Source of the DNA: Malacoraja senta
Taxonomy: Eukaryota
Length of the DNA stretch: 64,000 nt
Reading direction: 5' to 3'
Assembly: GCA_038087875.1 (NCBI GenBank)
Contig: CM075992.1
Location: 3,784,001-3,848,000, forward strand
The notes under the pieces are model-generated. The model did no database searches. It was not told the DNA's origin and saw only the letters and a program-made list of their open reading frames with translations. Position 1 is the first letter of the stretch. Each line of letters begins with the position of its first letter. This document shows, piece by piece, positions 33,616 to 46,478 of the stretch. The translations under genes were made by a program, and so were the position numbers.

Positions 33616-35329
33616 TATAAATCTAATGTTCCTGCAACTACTTTTCAAAATTAATTAATTATAGGTGTTATTTTTGTTAAACTGCCTTTATTTCACACTG
33701 GAACAATCTGCCTTGATGAACATATGTCTGAAGGTGGCAGCAAAGATTCAAATATGCAAACAGACTAAGACAATGTGCTGGAGTAACTTAGCGCATCATA
33801 GAAATTGATATGTCGTGTTTCTGGTCCCGACCAGGCCTCTCAATTCCCTCCAGAGATGCTGCTTGACTATTTGAGTTCCTTTGCACTTTGTTTTTTTTGT
33901 AAGCCTGATCTGCAGTTCTTTATTTCTTCATGTTTGTTTTGTTGGGATTAAAACCTGGGATGGATTTATTGCAAAGGCAACTGAACTATCCTATCACCAA
34001 CTAGTGAATAGTCCTGACCTACTATCTACCTCATTGGAGACCATTAGACTATCTTTATCTTTTGGACTCAACTGGACTTCATCTTGTACTAAATGTTATT
34101 CCCTTTATCCTGTATCCGTACACTGTGAACGGCTTGGTTGTCATTATGTATTGTCTTTCTGCTGACTGGATAGCTCGTAACAAAAGAGCTTTTCACTGTA
34201 CCTCGGTAAACTAAACTAAACATGACCTTCAAATTAGGGTCCCGACCCGAAACATCACCTATCCATGTTCTCCTGAGATGCTACCTGCTGGGTTACACCA
34301 GCACTTTCTCTTATTTGTAAACCTGCATTTGCAGTTCGTCGTTTCATAATTTCATAAAGTTCTAGGAGAAGATTTAAGCCATTCGGCCCATCTAGCCTAC
34401 TCTGCTATTCAATTATGGCTGATCTATCTTTCCCTCCCAGCCCCATTCTCCTGCCTTCTCCCTATAACCCCTGACACCTGTACTAATCAAGAACATGTCA
34501 ATCTTCTTCCTTAAAAATATACAATGACTTGTCAACCACAGTCTTCTGTGGCAATGAATTCCACAGATTCACCACCCTCTGACTAAAGATATTGCTCCTC
34601 ATCCCCTTTGTCCTTTCTTTGGTGAGATAGGAACCTGGGTTTGAAGTATCAATGAATCAATGAATCATTGAGTTTGATTTATCTAGAACACATTTAAACA
34701 AGTGTAAAACACATTTGAATTCAGTGTAAATTTAATGTAATGTAAAGCTCTATAAACCATTGGGGAAGATAGATGCTAAAACGGGACAGGCAGCATCTCT
34801 GGAGAGAAGGAATGGGTGACATTTTGGGTCGTGGCCTTTTTCTGACTAGTTAGGGTAAAAGAGAAATGAGATTATATATGCGATGATGAAGAGATAAAGA
34901 ACAATGAATGAAAGATATGCAAAAAAAGTAACTAGTATGAAGAAGGGTCTCAACCAGAAACATCACCCATTCCTTCTCTCCAGAGATGCTGCCTGTCCTG
35001 CTGAGTTACTCCAGGTTTTGTGTCTATATTCAGTTTAAACCAGCATTATACATATTCCTTCGTACAAAGGTAGACAAAAATGCTGGAGAAACTCAGCTGG
35101 TGAGGCAGCATCTATGGAGCGAAGAAATAAAATATGTGACGTTTCGGGTCGAGACCCTTCTTCAGACTAAATTCAGATTAAATTCAGACTAAACTTCATA
35201 TTCCTTCCTACCCATATTTTTAGTGAAACTATTTACTTACCTGTGCTACTGGTGATGATATTTAGTGTCAGAGCCTCTGTAAGGAGGCAGGTGCTTTACC
35301 TGTGGCCCAGTGACAACCTGTTGGCTCAG

Positions 35330-35760
35330 GTGGGCGGTGGCCGGGCATCCTGGGAGATGTAGGCACAGTGCAGCCGCGAACGAGCATTAGAACTACAGCT
35401 CCCAGAGGGCAGTGGGCGCCCCCCCCGCTCCAGCGGCCGCGGGGGATCCTGGGAAATGTAGGCACAACGCAGCCGTGAACGTGTATTTGAACTACAACTC
35501 CCAGAGGGCAATGGGCAGAGGGCGGGCGCTGCGCAGGCGCATCCGGGGAGATGTAGGCACAGCGCAGCCGCGAACGAGTATTTGAACTACAACTCCCAGA
35601 GAGCAATGGGCAGAGGGCGGGCGCGCTGCGCAGGCGCAGATCACGGCCATCGAGCACCGTTGGCGTTAAAACCAAAACGACGCCCCCCCCCAACCCCTGG
35701 GGTTGACCCCCCCCCTGACCCTGTCCCTGTCCCTGTCCCTGTCCCCCCACAAGAGTGAGT
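35330..35760. promoter_or_regulatory. CpG-island promoter with three tandem ~97-bp units carrying ZNF143/THAP11-type motifs, plus NRF1-like sites and GC boxes; probably bidirectional
   Basis: ACTACA(A/G)CTCCCAGA at 35392, 35491 and 35586. An opposite-strand CTACAT(C/T)TCCC lies in each unit. TGCGCAGGCGCA occurs twice, plus GGGCGG. Plus-strand donor AGA|GTGAGT at 35755. Minus-strand donors at 35240 and 35299. Confidence 0.75.
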
Positions 35761-36545
35761 CTCTTCCCTCTCCCTTCCCTCCCCCTCCCCTTCCATTCCT
35801 CCCTTCCTTCCTCCCTCCCCCTCCCTTCCCCACTCCTCCCCTCTCCATTCCTCCATTCCTCCATTCCTCCCTCCTTCTCCTCTCTTCATTCCTCCTTCCT
35901 CCCCCTCCCTTCCATTCCTCCCCTCCCCTCCCTTCTCCTCCATCCCCCTCCCTCCCCACTCCTCCCCTTCCATTCCTCCATTCACCTCCCTCCTCCTCCC
36001 TCCCCCTCCATCTCCACTCCTCCCCTCTCCTCCCTCCCCCTCCATCCCCACTCCTCCCCTCTCCATTCCTCCATTCACCTCCCTCCTCTCTTCATTCCTC
36101 CCTTCCCTCCCCCTCCATTCCCTTCCCTCCTCTCCCCCCTCCCCTTCCCCCTCTTCCCCCTCATCCCTCCCTCTTCCCCCCTCCCCTTCCCTCTCTTCCC
36201 TCCCTCTCTTCCTTCCCTCCCCTCCGCTCCATTCCCTTCCCCCCTCCTCCCCCTCTTCATTCCTCCCCTCCCCCTCCATCCCCTTCTCTCCCCACTCCTC
36301 CCCTCTCCATTCCTCCCTCTTTCTCCCCCTCTCTCTCCTCCTCCCTCCTGTCTCCCCCTCTCTTCCCCTCCACTCACTACCTCCCTCCTCTCTCTCTCCC
36401 CCTCTCCCCTCCTCCCCCTCCCCTCCATTCTTCCCTCTCTCCTCCTCCCCCCCCTCCCCCCCTCCCCTCTCCTTTCCTCCCTCCCCTCTCTCTCCCCCCT
36501 CACTCTCACCCTTCTCCTACTCACATCTCCTTCCCCCTTCACTTC
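35760..36545. repeat. Long polypyrimidine/polypurine (CCT/CCCT) tract
   Basis: ~800 bp almost entirely C/T on the plus strand. Confidence 0.95.
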
Positions 36546-37328
36546 TCCATCTCCTGTCTGTTCCTTCGCCCGCTCTGTCCCCCCCCCCCCCACACTGTCC
36601 CTTCTATCTCCCCCCCCCACACTGTCCCTGCCCCATTTGTACTTAGAATTTACCTCAACACACCCCTCCTCCACATCGTTCTGCCCTTAGTCATTCATTC
36701 AATACGGCCCTCCTACCCCTTGCCCTCCTCCATCCCCACCCTTGCACTTCGCCCCTACAATTGCCCCCATCCACCCTCTTTCTTGCCTGCCCTCTACCTC
36801 ACCCATTCCCCATCCTCAGGATCAACCCACCCCCTCAAACCAACTTGCCCCCGCCCTGTGAAGTCTAGCCACCCACCGCCTCACCCTCCCCGTGCCCTGC
36901 ACCCATTCCCAATCACCCCTCTCCCATTCCCCTTCCTCTTCTGATCCCCCACAGCATTCACCATTTAACATGCTTCTCCCAACGTGTCCTTTAGCCCAAG
37001 ATAGACACAAAATGCTGGAGTAACTCAGCGGGACAGGCAGCACCTCTGGAGAGAAGGAATGGGTGACGTTTCGGGTCGAGACCTTCCTTCAGACCTTGAG
37101 CCCATTCTGATCTCTCCACCATTCACAGTCTCCGCCCTCCCCCTGTCATTCTGTTTATAAATGAAGAGTGTTTAGTTTTCAGTGACGTTTCATCTCCCTG
37201 TGTTGAAATTGATTTTGCAATCTTCTCCTCCACTCTTTGATCACACAAACTCTCGGACAAGGTTGCTGAATGCTACTGAGAAATTGCTGCTGACATTTCT
37301 AATAAATGCTTAATCCTTTCCTAACCAG

Positions 37329-37393
37329 GCTCTGCACGACCATCAGGGAGTATTGAAGACTTGAATACTGAACTCCCATCTGTATATCCCTAG
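37329..37393 (+). other. Candidate internal 5'-UTR exon of SLC27A1
   Basis: Acceptor CCTTTCCTAACCAG| and consensus donor TAG|GTAAGT in non-repetitive DNA between the promoter and the first coding exon. Confidence 0.4.
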
Positions 37394-37950
37394 GTAAGTT
37401 CAATTAACTAAATCTGGTTTCACTAAATACCAAAGCCTTTGCTCTTATTGTGGTTCACTCTCGACCATTTCGAGCTTATCTTTTAACAACATTTCGAGCC
37501 GTATCTTTTAACGACTTATTTTATTCCTTCAGTTGCTAATGTGTGATTGTGTGTGCAATCTTTCATTCCTGCGAAGATAGACACAAAATGTTGGAGTAAC
37601 TCAACGGACAGGCAGCATCTCTGGAGAGAAGGAATGGGTGGCGTTTCGGGTCGACACCCTTCTTTCCTTCCTGCGTTCTTTTGAAACCTAAGCAATATTG
37701 TGCATCATCTTCTTATCGCCGACTTCCACGAATTTTAGCTAGAATCTCGATAGAAGGATCCCGAGCCGAAACGTCACCCATCCCGCTTTCTCCAGAGATG
37801 CTGCCTGACCCGCTGAGTTACTCCAGCACTTTGTGTCTGACACATCTAACTGATACAGCATGTGATCACAAGGACAGGTCAAAGTGTTGGTGGAACACTG
37901 CTGGTAAGGCAGCATCTGTGGAGGGTAATGGACAGACCGCATTTCAAGGA

Positions 37951-38175
37951 CACAGAGTGCTGGAGTAGCTCAGTGGGTCAGGCAGAATCTGTGGAGAACA
38001 TGGATAGGTGACGTTTCACAGAGTGCTGGAGTAGCTCAGCGGGTCAGGCAGAATCTGTGGAGAACATGGATAGGTGACGTTTCACAGAGTGCTGGAGTAG
38101 CTCAGCGGGTCAGGCAGCATCTGTGGAGAACATGGATAGGTGACGTTTCAAGTCGGGACCCTTCTTCAGACTGTC
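37951..38175 (-). repeat. Three tandem 66-bp units of the Penelope-type terminal repeat
   Basis: Unit starts at 37951, 38017 and 38083. Confidence 0.85.
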
Positions 38176-38656
38176 ATCTATCCACTTCCCTCCACAGATG
38201 CTGCTTCACCAGCTGAGTTCCTCCAGCACTTTGTATTTTTCTCAGCATTCCAGCATCTGTAGTTCCTCGTGTCCTCGCAAGGAAACGTTCATCCTTGAGC
38301 AAAGAACAAAAAGATTGCTGATTGCCATTTAATATCTGGGATCATGGGGTTCTTAGAAACATAGAAAATAGGTGCAGGAGGAGGCCCTTCGAGCCAGCAC
38401 CGCCATTCATTGTGATCACGGCTGATCGTTCCCAATCAATAACCCGTGCCTGCCTTCTCCCCTTATCCCTTGATTCCACTGTGGGAAATTTTGAGTCTTA
38501 TTGGCCTGGATGCACGAGAGTTCAGAAGACTGAGAGTCAGCATAGGGGCATATGTTCTTACAGTCATACAGCACGAAACAGGCCCTTCAGCCCCACTTGC
38601 CCATGCCAACCAACATGCCCCATCCATAATAGTCCCACCTGCCTGTGTTTGGCCCA

Positions 38657-39743
38657 AGGTACACAAAAATGCTGGAGAAACTCAGCGGGTGCAGCAGCAT
38701 CTATGGAGCGAAGGAAATAGGTAACGTTTCGGGCCAAAACTCTTCTTCAGACTGATAGGGGGTGGGGAGAAGAAAGGAAAAAAGGAAAAAGGCGGAGGAG
38801 GAGCCCGAGGGCTGGGGGAGGGGAGGAGACAACCAGATGGCTGATGAAGGGAGGGGACAGCAAGGGCTAGCAGAATTGGGAGAATTCAATGTTCAAGCCC
38901 CCAGGATGTAGACTGCCCAAGCGGAATATGAGGTGCATTTCCTCCAATTTACGGTGTTGCTCGCTGTGGCCATGGAGGAGACCCAGGACAGAGAGGTCAG
39001 ATACGGAATGGGAGGGGGAGTTGAAGTGCTGAGCCACCGGGAGGTCAAGTTGGTTATTGCGGACCGACCGGAGGTGTTCGGCGAAACGATCGCCAAGCCT
39101 CCGCTTGGTCTCACCAATGTAGATCAGCTGGCATCTAGAGCAGCGGATGCAATAGATGAGGTTGTAGGAGATGCAGGTGAACCTCTGTCGCACCTGGAAC
39201 GACTGCTTGGGTCCCTGAATGGAGTAGAGGGGGGAGGTGAAGGGACAATTGTTGCATCTCTTGCGGTTGCAAGGGAAAGTACCAGGGGAGGGGGTGGTAT
39301 GGGAGGGAAGGGAAGAATTGACAAGGGAGTTACGGAGGGAGCGGTCTTTGCGGAAGGCAGACATGGGGGGAGATGGGAAGATGTGGCGAGTGGTGGGGTC
39401 ACGTTGGAGGTGGCGAAACTGACGGAGGATCACTTGTATGTGACGGCTGGTGGGGTGAAAGGTGAGGACTAGGGGGACTCTGCCCTTGTTGTGAGTGGGG
39501 GGATGGGGAGAGAGAGCAGTGTTGCGGGGTATGGCAGAGACCCTGGTGCGAGCCTCATCTATGGTGGAGGAGGGGAACCCCCGTTCCCTGAAGAATGAGG
39601 ACATTTCAGATGCCCTGGTGTGGAACGCCTCATCCTGGGAGCAGATGCGGCGTAGACGGAGGAATTGGGAGTGGGGGATGGAGTCCTTACAAGAAGCAGG
39701 GTGTACCTTCGATTTTCCAGCATCTGCAGTTCCTTCTTTAACA
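38657..39743 (-). mobile_element. Penelope-like element, 5'-truncated (RT thumb/linker plus GIY-YIG) with an inverted terminal piece
   Basis: Reads HPASCKDSIPHSQFLRLRRICS...PLVLTFHP...NLIYCIRCSRCQLIYIGETKR. TSD CTGTGTTTGGCCCA at 38643-38656 and 39744-39757. Near-identical to 1360-1959 where they overlap. Confidence 0.92.
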
Positions 39744-40934
39744 CTGTGTTTGGCCCATATCCCTTTAAAACCTTTCAAATCCATGTACCTATCCAAATGT
39801 CTTTTAAATGTTGTTATCTTACCTGCCACACCTACCTCCACTGGCAGACAAAAATGCTGGAGAAATTCACCCGCTGAGTTTCTCCAGCATTTTTGTCTGC
39901 CTTTGATTTTTCCAGCATCTGCAGTTCTTTCTTAAACAACACCTCCACTGACAGTTCGTTCCTAATACCCACCACACTGTGAAAAAATTGCCCCTCAGCA
40001 TCCTATTAAATCTTTCCACTCTCACCTTAAACCTATGTTCTCTGGTTTGTGATTCTTCTATTCTGGGTAAAAGACTCTGTGTATTTACCCTATCTATTCC
40101 CCTGATGATTTTATATGCCTCATAAGATTCTCCTCATCCTCCTGCACTCCAAGGAATAAAGTCCAAGCCTGCCGAATCTCTCCCTTGTAGCTCAGGCCCT
40201 TGCCCTTGTCCTGGTAATACCCTTGTAAATATCTCTGGCCCAGTACCATTCAAAACAGAGAATGAGCTTTTGAATGGAATGGCAAACAAAGGCCAGGTTA
40301 AGACTACAACTAGTATAAGGGTGATTGTGGACTCAGTGGGCCATAGGAACTGATTCCAGGCTGAATCTCTAAACTAAACTAAAAGAAGTTCTGGCAAATT
40401 GAGCTGTCAAAAGAGAGCATATGCATTTAGATCACAGATAAGCCAAGAAGGATAAAGCATTTGCAAAGTTCTGTGTGTCTTCGTCTCATTTTGTTTGCTG
40501 AGCATGTTGTAACTGGAGGACACAAAATGCTGGAGTAACTCATCGAGTGAGGCAGCATCTCTGGAGAGCCTTTCCTACCTGATCCCAGATCCACGACCTC
40601 AACAAACGCTTCCTTTCCTACCCACGCCAGATCCATGTGCTGGAGGAATCGAGTGGGTTGGGCAGTATCTGTGGAGGAATGGACAGACAGCGTTGTGGGC
40701 TGGGACCCTTCTTTTGAAAGAGTGTTGGTTCCTGTGCACAGCCTTTGTCTTCTCTGTTTGTCAACGTGCGAAAATGATAGCGTGCACGTTCTCCTCTTAC
40801 GCATTCCCTCAGGAATGAAGATGGCTTGCGTCCACTCTGTGGTGTGTGGTGGATGGTTGGGCTAATGCAGGAGCAGTAAACTCTTCCACAGATGAGGCAG
40901 GAGATGCATGATGTGGATCCAAGATCATGCACTC

Positions 40935-41750
40935 AGTCCTTATAAAAGGACTGGACAATCTAGATGCAGGAAAAATGTTCCCAATGTGGGGCAGGTCCAG
41001 AACAAGGGGCCAAAGTCTTAGAATAAAGGGGAGGTCATTTAAGACTGAGGTGAGAAAAAACTTTTTTACCCAGAGAGTTGTGAATTTGTGGAATTCCCTA
41101 CCACAGAGGGCAGTGGAGGCCAAGTCACTGGATGGATTTAGAAACATAGAAACATAGAAAATAGGTGCAGGAGTAGGCCATTCGGCCCTTCGAGCCTGCA
41201 CCGCCATTCAATATGATCATGGCTGATCATCCAACTCAGTATCCTGTACCTGCTTTCTCTCCATACCCCCTGATCCCTTTAGCCACAAGGGCCACATCTA
41301 ACTCCCTCTTAAATATAGCCAATGAACTGGGCCTCAACTACATTCTGTGGCAGAGAATTCCAGAGATTCACCACTCTCTGTGTAATTTTTTTTTCTCATC
41401 TCAGTCCTAAAAGATTTCCCTTTATCCTTAAACTATGACCCCTTGTTCTGGACTTCCCCAACATCGGGAACAATCTTCCTGCATCTAGCCTGTCCAGCCC
41501 CTTAAGAATTTTGTAAGTTTCTATAAGATCCCCCCTCAATCTTCTAAATTCCAGCGAGTACAAGCCGAGTCTATCCAGTGATTTAAGAGAGAGTTAGATA
41601 GAGCTCTAGGGGCTAGTGGAGTCAGGGACATGGGGAGAAGGCAGGCACGGGTTATTGATAGGGAACGATCAGCCATGATCACAATGAATGGCGGTGCTGG
41701 CTCGAAGGGCCAAATGGTCTACTCCTGCACCTATTGTCTATGTTTCTATG
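40935..41750. mobile_element. Nested CR1 3' fragments: a minus-strand copy (~41140-41578) inside a plus-strand copy
   Basis: The plus-strand KSLDGF...RELDRALG text is interrupted by an inverted copy that begins with the AGAAACAT tail. Confidence 0.75.
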
Positions 41751-43566
41751 TATGGTGGCACTTCAGGGAGAGCTGGCTCCTCATGTCTGTCTCCTCGGGT
41801 CAGGCAGCATCTCTGGAGAGAATGAATGGGCGACGTTTCGGGTTACTCCAGCATTTTGTGTCTACCTTCAATTATATCCAGGATCTGCAGTTCTTTTTGA
41901 CACCCCAAGTTAAATTAATCTCCTTTGCCTACATGTCATCCGTATCCCTCCATTCCCTGAATATTCATGTGCCTACCTAAAAAGCCTCTTAAATGCTGCT
42001 GTCATTTCATCTGTCTACAAAGTGAACATAGTCCCGCACATCTCCTTGAAAACTTGCCCCTCTCACCTTAAAGCTATGTCCTCTAGTTTTTGATATTTCA
42101 TGAGGTCATGCGGAATAGGAGTAGAATTAGGCCATTAGGCCCATCGTCGACTCCGCCAATCAATCAATGCTGATCTATCTCTCCCTCCTAACCCCATTCT
42201 CCTGCCCATAACCCCTGACACCCGCACTAATCAAGAATCTATCTATCTCTGCCTTAAAAATATCCACTGACTTTGCCTACACAGCCTGCTGTGGCAAAGA
42301 ATTGCACAGATTCACCACCCTTTGACTAAAGAAATTTCTCCTCATCTCCTTCCTAAAAGAACGTAATTTAATTCTGAGGCTGTGACCTTTAGTCCTAGAC
42401 TCTCCCACTAGTGGAAACATCCTGGGTGAAAGGTTCTGGCTGACTATCCTCTCTGTGCCTCTCAGAATTGTGTTGGCTTCTACCATGACCACACTAAACT
42501 ATGTCTAAAATAAGAGAACCACAGTAAAGTTGATGGACCCGTATCACAGAATAGAATACAGCGGAATGGGAACAAGCACAAGAGTCTGCAGATTCTGGAA
42601 TTTAGTTTTATCAAACCTGGGTCTCTTGCACTATGAGGCAGCAAATATTTCGCGGAGAGGAATCTGCTGGAGGAACTCAGCGGGTCGGGCAGCATGTTTT
42701 CGTTGGTTGGGAGGGAGTGGTGGGGAAGGAATTTCTTCCCGTGATAGAACTGGAAATACCGGTCTCGCCCTGAGTTCCACTCCTGAGAAATATCCCCAAC
42801 CTGTACTGTACGTTGAATCAGATATGAACTGAAACGGTGTGTGGGAGCCGGTCGAATGTAGCATTCCAAACTTAGTAAGGTTACCCAGATAAACAGTTTT
42901 AGTTCCTTTTTTTTGTTGAAGTGCTTAACGCCGACCATCAAGTTCCAGACTATACTCTTCAGTCTGAAGAAGGGTCTCGACCCGAAACGTCACCCATTCC
43001 TTCTCTCCAGAGATGCTGCCTGTCCCGCTGAGTTACTCCAACATTTTGTGTCTACCATCTGTGTAAAGCAGCATCTGCAGTTCCTTCCTCTACATCATTT
43101 TGTCTCCTTTTCATCTTGAGCTTTCGACCTCTTCTCTGCCACCCCCCCCCCCACCTATCACTTGCCAGGCCTTGTTCCGCTCCCCCCCCCCCCCCAACCC
43201 CACCATCACTGTTTTGTGTTTTACTCGGTATTCCAGCATCTGCAGTTCCTTGTGTATCTCTCCAGAGATGCTGCCTGCCCCGCCGAGTTACTCCAGCATT
43301 TTGTGTCAGTCTCCGGTTTAAACCAGCACCTGCAGTTCTTTCCTGCACATCCAGACTATATTGATTTTCCCAGCTGAATATTGGTCTTCAACAATGTCAT
43401 AATCACAAAGGTTTTGGGTTTGTGGCAAGCTCCCATTTCAGGTGGTTGTTGTCCTCTGCTTTGAATCTTGAATTCTTTTGAGTTGATTCGTCTCATCGCC
43501 TGTTTATTATTTAACACACGTAACTTGAGCTATGCCATTGAGATCAGTTTCACTGACTGGCTGAGC

Positions 43567-43606
<40 letters not shown>

Positions 43607-43649
43607 TGGATAGAGGGGAACTTCAAGCTCTGCTGGGATAATAGAGCAT

Positions 43650-44094
43650 TCTGATTTAAAAGCAGCCCGCTGGAAATGGTAGTGCAATAGGGATATTGCC
43701 ATTTGGATCCTGCCCTGTGTTTCCCTGCAATCTGCCCAGTGGAGGCCCGTTAAATTGGGAGCGGTGAGCAGGGAACGAAGCACTGTTGAAAGGCTCGCAC
43801 TGAGTGGATGTGGGAACAGCCCCTTCTTCTGGAACGCTGCCTGCACACTGGGCCACGAAACCACAATGAAGTGTCTATGTGCAGAGTGAGACAGATCACA
43901 GCAACAACACCAGCAGCGGCGGCAGCAGCGGCAGGGTTGGCCGGGTGTGGACAGGGAGGTGAGATAATCCTGCAACCGCCCCATACTTTCACCAGGGCGT
44001 AGGATCAAAGAGAAGCTGAGCTCGGGAGAATCATTCCCACTCTGCGGTTTGGCTGCCTCAGAGTTGAGGGGAATCTACACAATCGGTGGTCCCG
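43650..44094 (+). other. Candidate alternative non-coding first exon/promoter of SLC27A1
   Basis: Unique sequence after a (GA)n tract, with a TATA-like TTTAAAAG and a GCA/GCG-rich leader. Ends at a strong donor CCG|GTGAGT. Start not defined. Confidence 0.35.
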
Positions 44095-44354
44095 GTGAGT
44101 TTCCTTGAAGCGCATCAAGATGTGTCATCCAAAGAGCAGTGTCTGATGCCCCTTTGACCTGCTTCGCTGCTGAAACAGGTAGCAAGTGTTGATCTAACTG
44201 TGATCTTCAGTGTTAAGTCAGGAGACTTTGCCTTGGGATTGAGGGCGAACTGACTTCCTAACTCAGCCTGTGATGTGTAAAAAATCACTCCAGTTCACGC
44301 CCCTCCAACAGTTGAAACAATGAGGCATTTTGTTCCTCAAGTAATTTATTTTCT

Positions 44355-44384
44355 GTGTGTGTGTGTGTCTTTGTGCGTGCATCT

Positions 44385-44420
<36 letters not shown>

Positions 44421-44940
44421 TGTTTGTGAGTATGTGTGGGTGAGTGTGTTTTGTGTGAGAGTGTGAGAGAGAGTGTTTGTGAGTATGTGTGGGTGAGAGT
44501 GTGTGTGAGTGTTTTGTGTGAGTGTGTGTGTGAGACTGTGTTTGTGAGTATGTGTGGGTGAGAGTGCGTTTTGTGTGTGTGTGTGTGAGAGAGTGTGTTT
44601 GTGAGTATGTGTGGGTGAGAGTGTGTGTTTTGTGTGAGAGAGAGTGTTTGTGAGTATGTGTGGGTGAGAGTGTGTGAGTGTTTTGTGTGAGTGTGTGTGT
44701 GAGACTGTGTTTGTGAGTATGTGTGGGTGAGAGTGTGTGTTTTGTGTGAGAGTGTGAGAGAGAGTGTTTGTGAGTATGTGTGTGTGTGAGTGTTTTGTGT
44801 AAGTGTGTGTGTGAGACTGTTTGTGAGTATGTGTGGGTGAGAGTGTGTTTTGTGTGAGTGTGTGTGAGAGTGTTTGTGAGTATGTGGTGTGAGAGCTTTT
44901 TTGGGTGAGTGTGAGTGGATGTGTGCGAGTGTGTGAAAAT
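44355..44940. repeat. Compound TG/GA minisatellite
   Basis: Recurrent GTTTGTGAGTATGTGTGGGTGAGAGTG units. Confidence 0.95.
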
Positions 44941-45681
44941 GGTGTGGCACACAAGAATCTGTGGGGTCTGCTGTCAGAGGGGAGGGGGTGAGGGGTGATG
45001 CGAGTAGTGTGGTGGTTGGTTTAGTGAATGGTTCGATCAGGCGACTGATGACGACAGATCAGACCGTGGGCACGAACTGAACCCTGGTAACCCCGAGGCA
45101 TGCCGTGGAAATGGGAAGTGAATTGCGATGCCTGGTCTGGCACAGTCTGAACAGTTTGATGGTCATAGCTACGTGGAGAGGGTTGAGAAGCAGGAATGAT
45201 TCACCTCCAGGCAGAGAAGGGGAAGGAGCGGGACCAGTCTGCTCAGCATCCCCAATCTCTAGTGATCACGGGGGAAGATTGACCCGACACTAAATACCAG
45301 CCTGGACACAAAATGCTGGAGTAACTCAGTGGGTCAGGCAGCATCTCTGGAGAAAAGGAATAGGTGATGTTTCGGGTCAGAACCCTTCTTCAGATTCCTT
45401 CTTCTCGACCCAAAACGTCACCTATTCCTTCTCTCCAGAGATGCTGCCTGTCCCGCTGAGTTACTCCAGCATTTTGTGTCTAGCTTCGGTTTAAACCAGC
45501 ATCTGCAGTTCCCTGTATGAAGGAACTGCAGATGCTGGTTTCAACCAAAGATGGACACAAAGCTGGAGTAACTCAGCGGGACAGGTAGCATCTCTGGAGA
45601 GAAGGAATGGGTGACGTTTCAGGTCGAGGCCATTCTTCAGACACTGAAACGTCACCCATTCCTTCTCTCCAGAGATGCTGC

Positions 45682-45808
45682 CTTCTTCTTCTTCTTGCGT
45701 ATGGCGTGCACAGCCTAAAGTTGTAGGGCAACTTGTTCTATTTGATCTTACTTGATTTTGCACACCAGGTTGATTGCATTGCACGTGAAGGTTGCAATCT
45801 CCCACCGC
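45682..45808 (-). mobile_element. Family A HDV-headed short retroelement with an internal ribozyme deletion, inserted in a Penelope-type repeat
   Basis: Perfect TSD AGATGCTGC at 45673-45681 and 45809-45817. (AAG)n tail. Head reads GCGGTGG GA GATTGCA ACC TTCACGTG[del]..AATGCAATC. Confidence 0.8.
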
Positions 45809-46184
45809 AGATGCTGCATACCCCGCTGAGTTACTCCAGCATTTTGTGTCCATCTGCAGTTCCCTTCTATACTAAATACCAGCCTGTTTACCTAACCCTA
45901 ATGTACCCCTAAGCAAGTTTGGATGACAACAACTATCATTCTCAGATTACATAACTTAATATTCCCCGTAATGCATACTTAAATCAATGAATCATTTAAA
46001 ACTAGCAATTGAACTGGCATGAATTGGTTCTAGTGTTTCTGAATTTCTCTCCTCGAAGACCTGCCTCTAATTTTTGGACAAACGAATAACAGGGATGGAG
46101 TAACTCAGCAGGTCAGGCAGCATCTCTGTGGCACATGGAGAATAGGTATGTCCATGTCCTCCAGAGATGCTGCCTGACCCACTT

Positions 46185-46478
46185 TAGACTTTACTTTAGA
46201 GGTATAACGTGGAAATAGGCACTTCGACCCACTGAGTCCACGCCGACACCCCGTACATTAACACTATCCTACACACTTAAGGACAATTTACAATTATATT
46301 TAACCAGAGCGAATTAATCTACCAACCTTTACGTCTTTGGAGTGTGGAGGAAATCGGAGCACCTGGAGAAAACCCACGCAGTCACAGGGAGAACGTACAA
46401 ACTCCGTACAGACAGCACCTGTAGTCAGTATCTGGCGCTGTAAGGCAGCAGCTGTACTGCTATGCCACTGTACTGCCC
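46185..46478 (-). mobile_element. tRNA-derived SINE (V-SINE/HE1-like)
   Basis: Reverse complement of the family consensus. Confidence 0.7.

Noticed and set aside
35641..36944. Long Pro/Ser/Leu- or Gly/Glu/Arg-rich ORFs
   Set aside because: By-products of the C/T tract that lacks stop codons; open in several frames on both strands.
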